Shown here piece after piece: positions 1-6,857 of a stretch of 39,868 bases of DNA. The position numbers were made by a program, and so were the translations under genes. Each line of letters begins with the position of its first letter. Position 1 is the stretch's first letter. The notes under the pieces are model-generated. The model searched no databases, had not been told where the DNA came from, and saw only the letters and a program-made list of their open reading frames with translations. The stretch is from a virus. Taxonomy: Duplodnaviria; Caudoviricetes. Location of the stretch: the IMG/VR virus record IMGVR_UViG_3300023267_000005, positions 1 through 39,868 of that record. One strand, given 5' to 3'.

Positions 1-36
<36 letters not shown>

Positions 37-42
37 GAGGCC

Positions 43-333
43 TCACCACACCCGCGAGGTAGGCGACTGGGGCGCCATGTCGCGGCGCCCGATGCGGTTG
101 CCACGCCTGCTGTTGCACCTGCGGTGCGCGTGCCTGGCGTTGGCTGGGTCGAGGGGGTCACCACCCAGGCTGAGCGGGATCACGTGGTCGAGAGTGCTGC
201 CCATCGGGTGACGCTGGTGGTCGAGGGTCATGTCGATCAGGTGGCCACAGCGCCAGCACGTGTCGCTGCTCGCACGCACCAGGGCCAGCAGCCTGCGGTA
301 CGGGCGACCGGTGCGCCCCTTGCTGCGAGGCAT
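43..333 (-). CDS. HNH endonuclease (HK97 gp74-like terminase cofactor)
   Basis: CWRC...TLDHVIPLSLGG...N.RHAHRRCNSRRG HNH motif. Start trimmed to ATG 333 (MPRSKGR). Lies just upstream of terS across the junction. Confidence 0.9.
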   Translation of the reverse strand: MPRSKGRTGRPYRRLLALVRASSDTCWRCGHLIDMTLDHQRHPMGSTLDHVIPLSLGGDPLDPANARHAHRRCNSRRGNRIGRRDMAPQSPTSRVW

Positions 334-338
334 GGGGC

Positions 339-611
339 TCAGCGGGTGTGGTGGGTGTGGGCAGCAGGGCCCTGGCCCTCGTGCTGTGCCTTGAACCTGG
401 CCACCACCTTGGCCACCGCTGCGTCGGTGTAGAGGGCGAGGGCCACCACATGGGCTACCTCGGGGTGCGCCGTGAACCACCGCACCAGGTTGAGCGTGGC
501 GACGCGGTGGCCCACGAACGCGCCACCGAGGACCGCGGCCACCAGGGCCAGGGCGACGAGCACGACTACCACCTTGTCCAGCGCTGACCGCGGCGCCAGT
601 AGGGACCCCAC
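339..611 (-). CDS. Small membrane protein, hypothetical
   Basis: Hydrophobic run VVVVLVALALVAAVLGGAFV; co-oriented in the operon; start uncertain. Confidence 0.55.
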   Translation of the reverse strand: MGSLLAPRSALDKVVVVLVALALVAAVLGGAFVGHRVATLNLVRWFTAHPEVAHVVALALYTDAAVAKVVARFKAQHEGQGPAAHTHHTR

Positions 612-820
612 GACGGGGTCGACGAGAGGCCGTCGACGTACTGGTGCGAACGCTCAGCACCACCGTGCGCGCCTCGGGGCTTCTCCAGCCAGCGCAACAG
701 CTTGTGCGCTGCGGCGCCGGTGGGGGCGGTGAAGACCTCGGGGTCGCCGAGGCCCAGGCGCGGCCGCGTGATGGTCCATTCGGCCGGGCCGGTCTTGCGG
801 ACGCGGGTGCGGTCCTTCAC
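566..820 (-). CDS. Hypothetical protein
   Basis: GTG start overlaps the upstream stop (GTGA coupling at 817-820). Confidence 0.6.
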   Translation of the reverse strand: MKDRTRVRKTGPAEWTITRPRLGLGDPEVFTAPTGAAAHKLLRWLEKPRGAHGGAERSHQYVDGLSSTPSWGPYWRRGQRWTRW

Positions 821-1047
821 GTCAACGCACCCCGTTTCTTGAGGTGTGCGGCCAACTCCAGTAGGTAGCCGTCGACGACGTCGCGGGCGTTGCCCGCGCG
901 ACTCAGGTAGCTGGGGACCTCGTCACCGGTGACGCCCTGGGCGTAGGCGAGCGAGCACATGGTCTCCACGGCCAGAGCGAGGCAACAGGCTTGCTCGTGG
1001 CGGGCCTCGGCGATCAGCCGCTTGAGCCGGGCGATGCGGAACAGCAC
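817..1047 (-). CDS. Hypothetical protein
   Basis: Tightly packed in the operon; GC3-rich codons. Confidence 0.65.
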   Translation of the reverse strand: MLFRIARLKRLIAEARHEQACCLALAVETMCSLAYAQGVTGDEVPSYLSRAGNARDVVDGYLLELAAHLKKRGALT

Positions 1048-1053
1048 GAGGGC

Positions 1054-2166
1054 TCACCCCCCTGTGTTCTCGACGTACCAACGGAACGGGAACGCGGCCG
1101 AGGCGTAGAGCTTCCCCGAGCCAGTGCTCTTGGTCACCACCGCGAACCGCACCTGACCGCCGTCAAGGTCTCCTGCCTGGACGCGTAGCCCGATGGGGCC
1201 GGACTGGTTGAGGTAGCCGCCGGCGAAGTACCACGAGGGGTCGCCCTCGGTGCTCGGCGAACTGGTGCCGCTGGACAGGTAGCGGGCGATGGTCGAGCCG
1301 ACCATCACGGCGAAGTCGACGAACGCGCCAGAGCTGCCCTCGGTGCGCATCGCCCGGACGGACAGCCGTAGCCAGTCGCCGACCACGGCCGGTATGGCGA
1401 TCTCGAACCCGGACAACGGCAGCCACGCGTCATCGGTGTTCGGCAGCGGGTTGACGTCGCCGGACACGATGCGCTGCTCGACGACCACCAGGCGCGAGGC
1501 CTTGGCGTCGAGTGCGGTCTGAGTGGCTGTGCTGACCGGCTTGTTGGCGTCGCTGGTGTTGTCGACGTTGCCGAGGCCGATCGCGGCCTTGGTGTGCGTG
1601 TGGCCGGCGGTGGCGTAGTCGGCGAGCACATCAGCGAGCCGGGTCGCCTCGAAGTACTGGGGGTGATCGTCGTCGCCCAGGCCGGTGAGCGCGCCGTGGT
1701 CGGTGACGCCACCGCCGGGCGATGCTTCGAGTGCGTCGAGGCGTCCGTCGAGGACGTTCAGGGCCGTGACGAGGCCGGTCACCTGGGCGGTGGTGTGGAC
1801 GTGGCCGAGTAGCGAGTAGGTGGCCACCGCGGTGGGGGCGATGGCGGGGGCCAGGTCGACGAACTCGATCGGGCCGACACCGGCGGGGACCTGTACGGGG
1901 AACTGATCGCGGTAGACGTCGGTGTCGACGAGGCACGTGTAGGGCCAACCGGACGGGGACACGTCCGGGTTGTCGGTGGTGGGGACTTCGAGGGTGCCCT
2001 CGCCGTTGACCAGGGTCACGGTGTCGACGGGGCGGCCGTGGATCACGTTGCCGGCGCTGTCGCGCAGGATGTGCGGGCCGATCAGGACCACGCGGCCGGT
2101 GGCGGGGGTGAGGGCCTCGTCGTTGTGGGTGATCTTGATGTGGATGGCTCTGCGGATGATCGCCAC
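1054..2166 (-). CDS. Tail fibre / minor virion protein-like
   Basis: N-terminal PTTDNPDVSPSGWPYT-type beta domain of the kind seen in actinophage fibre proteins; LGNVDNTSDANKPVSTATQTALDAKA fibre repeat; HxH motifs; beta-rich C-terminus; AGGAGG RBS. Confidence 0.7.
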   Translation of the reverse strand: MAIIRRAIHIKITHNDEALTPATGRVVLIGPHILRDSAGNVIHGRPVDTVTLVNGEGTLEVPTTDNPDVSPSGWPYTCLVDTDVYRDQFPVQVPAGVGPIEFVDLAPAIAPTAVATYSLLGHVHTTAQVTGLVTALNVLDGRLDALEASPGGGVTDHGALTGLGDDDHPQYFEATRLADVLADYATAGHTHTKAAIGLGNVDNTSDANKPVSTATQTALDAKASRLVVVEQRIVSGDVNPLPNTDDAWLPLSGFEIAIPAVVGDWLRLSVRAMRTEGSSGAFVDFAVMVGSTIARYLSSGTSSPSTEGDPSWYFAGGYLNQSGPIGLRVQAGDLDGGQVRFAVVTKSTGSGKLYASAAFPFRWYVENTGG

Positions 2167-2185
2167 GAGGAGGACCTCCTCGCGG

Positions 2186-2596
2186 TCAGGTGTCGAACTC
2201 GCTGAGCACCGAGCGGACGTACTCGGCGTCGAGGACGCAGCGGCTGTGCGGCTGGTCGACCTCGGACCAGGCGAGGCTCACGACACCGAACCAGCCGAGG
2301 TCGACGAGGTACGTCTTGGCGCGCACGTCGACCTGCGCGACGACACCGTGAGCGACGGCGCCGGGGAGCCGGACCTTGTCGCCGACGTACCAGCGCTGGC
2401 GTGGCCAGGCGTGGCGGTGTCCGCCGCAGGCCTCGGCCGCGAGGCGCAGCAGGTTCGCGAGCTCCAGCAGGGGCCGCGGGTCGCGGTAGCGGCGGCCGGG
2501 GGCGCGCAGCTCGCCGAGCTTCAGCGTGTAGTCGCCGATCCGGAGCTCGACCGGTACGGGCGCGGTGATCGGGGGCAGGGGAACGGTCTGCACCAC
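2186..2596 (-). CDS. Hypothetical protein with possible SH3/KOW-like beta-barrel
   Basis: VGDKVRL...GVVAQVD...YLVDL pattern; GAGGAGG RBS. Confidence 0.6.
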   Translation of the reverse strand: MVQTVPLPPITAPVPVELRIGDYTLKLGELRAPGRRYRDPRPLLELANLLRLAAEACGGHRHAWPRQRWYVGDKVRLPGAVAHGVVAQVDVRAKTYLVDLGWFGVVSLAWSEVDQPHSRCVLDAEYVRSVLSEFDT

Positions 2597-2779
2597 GGCA
2601 GGACCTCCTCATCGGGGTGGCTGCGGTGGTGGAACACCAGGGCCGCGGGGCACGCGGTGGCCGGTGGGCCCCTGTCAGGACCCGCAACCGCGCGTCGGGC
2701 GGAGGGGTTACCTGGGGTGTCGGATGCGCGGCACGCTGCCGGCCGCGGCCCTGGTGCTGGCGAAGGACGGGGCTGGACC

Positions 2780-2826
2780 CCGGAGACAGCAAGAACCCCC
2801 GTGGCCGAAGCATCACGGGGGTTCTT
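2780..2826 (-). terminator. Intrinsic terminator/attenuator just downstream of the putative late promoter
   Basis: 13-bp arms aagaacccccgtg (2791-2803) / cacgggggttctt (2814-2826); cUUCGg tetraloop on the minus strand; short U-rich tail. Confidence 0.7.
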
Positions 2827-2873
2827 TGCTGGGCTGCTCGGCCTCTCGGCCATAGCTGTCCTCGCGTCATCCG

Positions 2874-2902
2874 AGTGTCGCGCGAGGTCAGAGGCCTGTC
2901 AA
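2874..2902 (-). promoter_or_regulatory. SigA-type promoter (putative late promoter)
   Basis: Minus strand TTGACA (2902-2897), 17 nt spacer, GACACT (2879-2874). Confidence 0.65.
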
Positions 2903-2912
2903 GCAGCCCCCC

Positions 2913-3899
2913 TCAGATGGCGTGTCGACCTGGCAATCGACTCGCCTGCTCGCGGGCCTCGGCCCATGCGATGCAGTCGCCCAGACGGTAACGAGGGTGG
3001 CCGTCCGGGTGGGTGCGGTCAGCGGGCAGCGCGTCGGTGCCGCACGCGCTGCGGAACGTCGAGTAGACGAACCCTGTTTCGGGGTGGACCAGCAGCGGCA
3101 CGGCGCGGGAGGCCTCGGCCGCGGTCACCATGTAGTCGCGGGCTGCGTCGAGCAGCCAGGCCCGCCGCTCGGCGACGCGGTAGACGATCGGCTGCCCGTT
3201 CTCGCCGGGGCACGACAGGTTGCGGCAGGCCGTGAGGGCCGAGTCTGGTCGGGCGTACAGCGGCTGGTCGCACAGGTCGCACAGGCCGATGTACCAGCGG
3301 GTCGGGGCGCGGTCGATCACGTGCTGGGTGAGGCCCGCGATGGCGAGCAGCTCGTCGGTGAGCGCGCCCAGGTCCGGGAAGGCGCGCAGCCTGCGCTGGT
3401 GGGTGCGAATCCAGTGCGCTGCTCGGGCGGCCGGTCCGGAGCGGTAGGGGAGCGTGGCCGGGTCGTCGTGGTGCCGCGCGGGCAGGACCTCGTCGACGTG
3501 GCTGCGCGGGTCCGGTTTGGCGGCCACCGCCACGACGTTGGCTCTGGCGTGGCGTGGTGGTGGGGGGACCACCACGGCGTCGAGGTCGATCACCCAGCCT
3601 GCGTCGGCCGCGAGCTCGCGGGCCCAGCGGGTGACGGTGGCGACGAGCTGGCGGTGGGCCTCGGCGCCGGACCAGTGGAACGGCAACGGCCGTTCCGCGG
3701 GGCGGCCGCCGCCGGTGTTCTCGGCGAGGCGGGCCTGGCGGCTGATCGCGATGTCGAGGTCCTCCTCGACGCGCACCAGGCGGTCGAGGGCCTGGTTGAG
3801 CTCGGCCATGTGGGTAGTGCAGATCCGTGCGTCATCCGCGTGGGGCGCGAGACAAGCTCGGGTGTCACACAGATCCGCGACGAATGAATCTTGCTGCAT
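2913..3899 (-). CDS. Zn-ribbon + C-terminal HTH protein; putative late-gene regulator (Q-like position)
   Basis: C-x4-C...CTTH and CDLC...CRNLSC metal motifs; C-terminal TAAEAS...YRLGD winged-HTH pattern; ATG 3899 with GGAG RBS; directly upstream of the promoter/terminator pair. Confidence 0.65.
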   Translation of the reverse strand: MQQDSFVADLCDTRACLAPHADDARICTTHMAELNQALDRLVRVEEDLDIAISRQARLAENTGGGRPAERPLPFHWSGAEAHRQLVATVTRWARELAADAGWVIDLDAVVVPPPPRHARANVVAVAAKPDPRSHVDEVLPARHHDDPATLPYRSGPAARAAHWIRTHQRRLRAFPDLGALTDELLAIAGLTQHVIDRAPTRWYIGLCDLCDQPLYARPDSALTACRNLSCPGENGQPIVYRVAERRAWLLDAARDYMVTAAEASRAVPLLVHPETGFVYSTFRSACGTDALPADRTHPDGHPRYRLGDCIAWAEAREQASRLPGRHAI

Positions 3900-4046
3900 T
3901 TCGTCACGCTCCCTGTGCTGATCTAGCGCCCGACAGTCGCACTCGTTGCGCAGTGTTACAACCACGTTGCGCCGATAGACTGATCGTTTATATCGATTGG
4001 GCGTGTCCTGAAACGGACAAGCGCCCTATTCCGATAGACCTGTAAT

Positions 4047-4062
4047 TCGCACAACCGTTCGA
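4047..4062. promoter_or_regulatory. Actinobacterial LexA (SOS) box
   Basis: TCGCAC-AACC-GTTCGA, one mismatch to TCGAAC-N4-GTTCGA; abuts a minus-strand -10 TACAGT (4067-4062) in an AT-richer intergenic region. Confidence 0.6.
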
Positions 4063-4107
4063 CTGTACTGGGGAGTAGCTTTCGCGTGGGGCGGGCTGCC
4101 CATCCAG

Positions 4108-4151
4108 CACAGCAAAGGGCCCGCACTCCGTTGGGGGGAGCGCGGGCCCTT
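4108..4151 (-). terminator. Intrinsic terminator ending the 6788-4216 operon
   Basis: aagggcccgc / gcgggccctt stem with an inner ctcc/ggag pair; G-U pair and UUUG tail on the minus strand. Confidence 0.65.
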
Positions 4152-4215
4152 CGTCGTGTGGGGCGAGCTGACCGGCTGGTTACCCAGCGCGGCCGCTGCC
4201 TACACCTCCTCGACG

Positions 4216-4803
4216 CTAGCCGTCACTGAACCTCACGCCCTGCATGAGGAAAAGCCGCAGGTTGTCGAGCTGTACGAGCTCGATCGCCTTCTCGGCTCGG
4301 CACCACAGCGCGCGGGCGTCGAGGCCGTCGACGACGTCGACACCGGCGAACAGGTCGAGGTCGAGCGGGTGGATGTGCCTCGCGAGCTGGCCCTGGCGGT
4401 GGTTGACGTAGAGCACCGGCCAGCCGGGGTGGCGGGGGTCGTTGTAGGAGATGACGGCCGAGGCGCAGAGGAACCCTCGCAGCGGCGGACCGACGATGAG
4501 CGCGAGGTAGAGCGCTCGCTCACGGTAACCGAGGCGCTCGGCCCTGTGAGCCTGCTCGAACTCGGCCAAACGGTCGAGCAGCTCCTCGGGGCTGCCCTCG
4601 GACGCGGGGTAGAAGCACACGCCACCGGGGTGGTAGGCGGCCAGTGTCGCCTCGTCGTCGGCGGCCAGCAGGTGGTGCAGGCAGGGCTCGCCGAGGCGCT
4701 CGGCCTCGCGCGCGGCCCAGAGCATGTGGATCAGCCGGTCGCGTACGGCCTGGGGCTGTGTTTGCGCGGCCTCGCTGGCTACGGTGTCGTTCACGGTGAT
4801 CAC
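4216..4803 (-). CDS. Hypothetical phage protein (resembles a degenerate WDGH-type domain)
   Basis: WPVLYV...GQLARHI...DLDLF pattern; GTG 4803 with GAAGGG RBS (alternative start 4893). Confidence 0.6.
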   Translation of the reverse strand: MITVNDTVASEAAQTQPQAVRDRLIHMLWAAREAERLGEPCLHHLLAADDEATLAAYHPGGVCFYPASEGSPEELLDRLAEFEQAHRAERLGYRERALYLALIVGPPLRGFLCASAVISYNDPRHPGWPVLYVNHRQGQLARHIHPLDLDLFAGVDVVDGLDARALWCRAEKAIELVQLDNLRLFLMQGVRFSDG

Positions 4804-4889
4804 TCGCCCTTCTGGTGGTTGGCGTGTTCCTCGGCGGTGAGGAACCTCGGGCCGTGCGGCGGCCCGAGGTCCCACCGTGGTGCTGGTGT

Positions 4890-5420
4890 TCACTCCACGA
4901 CCCTCAGCGGCCGCGGCTTGGCCGTCTCCTCGGGCCGGTCCTTGGGGTCGAGGAACCCGAACGCTCCGATACCGGTCGCGCCCAGCTCGTGAGCCGCGGC
5001 GAGCAGGTGCTTGCGGGCCCGCTCGATGGCCTGCCCTGTGCCCTCGGCCGCGCCTTGGGCGAACGCGGCGCCGTGCGGTTCCCAGCGGTCGGCTGGGGTG
5101 ATGTCGTGGTGGTACAGCTCGCCGCGCGCGGCCTTGGCGGCCAGCTCGGCGGCCGAGTAGTCGAGCACCTGGTCGAGCTTGTGGAGCGTGGCGTTGAGGT
5201 TGCCGATCACCGTGCTGATGTCGGCCGGGTGCTCCAGCACATCGGAACGCCGGGGGCTGATCAGCGCGTGGCAGGCCCAGCGCGCGAGCTCGTCGACGGT
5301 CCGCACGGCGGCGAGCAGCCGGTTGCGGGTGAAGCTGTAGGGCCAGTGGGTGTCGACGACGTGCTCGGCGTCGAAGTCCTCGGAGTCGGTGTTGGTTCTG
5401 GGGTTGCGGGGGCGTGCCAT
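4890..5420 (-). CDS. Hypothetical helical protein
   Basis: GAGAGGA RBS, GC3-rich codons, operon context. Confidence 0.7.
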   Translation of the reverse strand: MARPRNPRTNTDSEDFDAEHVVDTHWPYSFTRNRLLAAVRTVDELARWACHALISPRRSDVLEHPADISTVIGNLNATLHKLDQVLDYSAAELAAKAARGELYHHDITPADRWEPHGAAFAQGAAEGTGQAIERARKHLLAAAHELGATGIGAFGFLDPKDRPEETAKPRPLRVVE

Positions 5421-5446
5421 CGGGAGGTCCTCTCGGGGTGGGGCGG

Positions 5447-5800
5447 TTAGCGGGGGCCGCTGAGCGCGTCGCGGAACAGGTCGATCACGAGCTGGGCCGT
5501 CGCCGGGCCCATGTAGCTGAGCCGGTAGCGGTTCTCCCCCACGGCGATGATCAGGTCCAGTAAGGCCAGCTCGGTGCTGCTGGCGACGTCGAACGCTCCG
5601 TCGTCGAACGCCTTGCGTGCGTCCCGGAACACGATGTAGGCGCCACCGTCGCTGGCGGTCTTCACCGCGGCCTCAACGAACGCCTCGCGACGGAGGAACA
5701 CGTCCTGCTCGATGAGCATCCGCACGGCGGCCTTCACGTGGAGGTCGTGCGTGCTCGCCCACTGGCCGAGCTTGGCCGCGAGGCTGACGTTGCTGTGCAT
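5447..5800 (-). CDS. Hypothetical protein (contains one TTA codon)
   Basis: AAAGGA RBS; in-frame TTA at 5563-5561. Confidence 0.75.
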   Translation of the reverse strand: MHSNVSLAAKLGQWASTHDLHVKAAVRMLIEQDVFLRREAFVEAAVKTASDGGAYIVFRDARKAFDDGAFDVASSTELALLDLIIAVGENRYRLSYMGPATAQLVIDLFRDALSGPR

Positions 5801-5820
5801 GATCGGTCCTTTCGGGACGG

Positions 5821-6180
5821 TCAGGAGTTGTCCGGGGCGTGGCTCATCCGGGTGTAGATGACGTGGTCCTGTTCGTAGGCCAGCGAGTCGCCCAGCGGGC
5901 GGAGCCGCCAGAACGGCCCCGCGAGGTAGGTGCCGCCAGTGCTCGCCGGGAAGCGGCCCACGGGGGTGACCTCGACGACCTCGAACACCTGGGGCCGGTC
6001 CGAGCCAACCTCGGTGATCAGGTTGGCGGGGCCGCGGCCGCTGAACATCGCGCCGGCCAGGTGCACGTGGTGGCCGAGCGGAAATTCGGCCATCTTGGCC
6101 TCGTGACGGGCGAGGGTCTCGGCGGTCAGCGGCGCGTGGGGGCCGGGGGTGGTGGGGTTGAGCAGGTCGAGCTGGGGCAT
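5821..6180 (-). CDS. Hypothetical protein
   Basis: GAGAGGA RBS; N-terminal QLDLL. Confidence 0.7.
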   Translation of the reverse strand: MPQLDLLNPTTPGPHAPLTAETLARHEAKMAEFPLGHHVHLAGAMFSGRGPANLITEVGSDRPQVFEVVEVTPVGRFPASTGGTYLAGPFWRLRPLGDSLAYEQDHVIYTRMSHAPDNS

Positions 6181-6200
6181 GGCCGGTCTTCCTCTCGTGA

Positions 6201-6401
6201 TCAGTTGGTGCGTCGGTACGCGGTCAGGTCGTCGCTCATGCCGCTGGCCAGCGCCTGCGCGGCGTTGTCGTCGGGGTGGGCGTTGGCGTACTTGACCGCC
6301 GTGGCGACGAGGCCCGCCGCGAGCTTCTCGCCGACTCGGTTCTGCTTCGTGGTGCTCCAGCCGCCGGTGTCGGCCTTCGGGGCGGGCGTGGACTTCGACA
6401 T
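6201..6401 (-). CDS. Hypothetical small protein
   Basis: GAGAGGA RBS; operon context. Confidence 0.7.
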   Translation of the reverse strand: MSKSTPAPKADTGGWSTTKQNRVGEKLAAGLVATAVKYANAHPDDNAAQALASGMSDDLTAYRRTN

Positions 6402-6428
6402 GGGTGGGTCCTCTCGCTCGGTGGGGCG

Positions 6429-6788
6429 TCAGCTACGCAGGCGGCCGTACGGGCACGGCTCGCCCTCGCTGAAGCGGGTGCGGCCAGCCGGGTCGGGGGC
6501 CGGGTAGGCCTCGACCTCGTCGACCAGGTACTCGGCCAGCGGACCGTCTGGGTTGCTGGCCGGCACGCAGATCACGTAGTGCTCGGTGACGCCGTTGCGG
6601 CGGCTGCCCGAGGGGCCGTCGTGCCAGATCACCCAGGCCTCGTCGGGGGCGCCGGTGATGCGCACGGTGCTGGTCGACGTGCTCTGGATGAGCTCGGCCG
6701 GTACGGGCACCGAGGCTGAGGCCAGCGTCAGCGCGGTGGCCAGTACCGCCGTGGTGGCGGCCGCTGCGGCCCTGCCGATCCGTTCCAT
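6429..6788 (-). CDS. Putative exported protein
   Basis: Signal-peptide-like N-terminus (MERIGRAAAAATTAVLATALTLASA); GGAGGG RBS; first gene after the operator-containing promoter. Confidence 0.65.
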   Translation of the reverse strand: MERIGRAAAAATTAVLATALTLASASVPVPAELIQSTSTSTVRITGAPDEAWVIWHDGPSGSRRNGVTEHYVICVPASNPDGPLAEYLVDEVEAYPAPDPAGRTRFSEGEPCPYGRLRS

Positions 6789-6806
6789 GTGGTGCCCTCC
6801 ACTCCG

Positions 6807-6854
6807 CTATCTGTGTGCCCACAGATAGTGCCATCTATGTGCACATAGTTACAA
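6807..6854 (-). promoter_or_regulatory. Promoter overlapped by two palindromic operators (putative GntR/Kor sites)
   Basis: ctatctgtgtg/cccacagatag (6807-6828) and perfect palindrome ctatgtgcacatag (6835-6848); minus-strand TTGTAA-N18-CACTAT. Confidence 0.75.
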
Positions 6855-6857
6855 GTT

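Noticed and set aside
2521-2870. ORFs spanning the late promoter/terminator leader
   Set aside because: They run through the terminator hairpin, are low-complexity and lack a convincing RBS.
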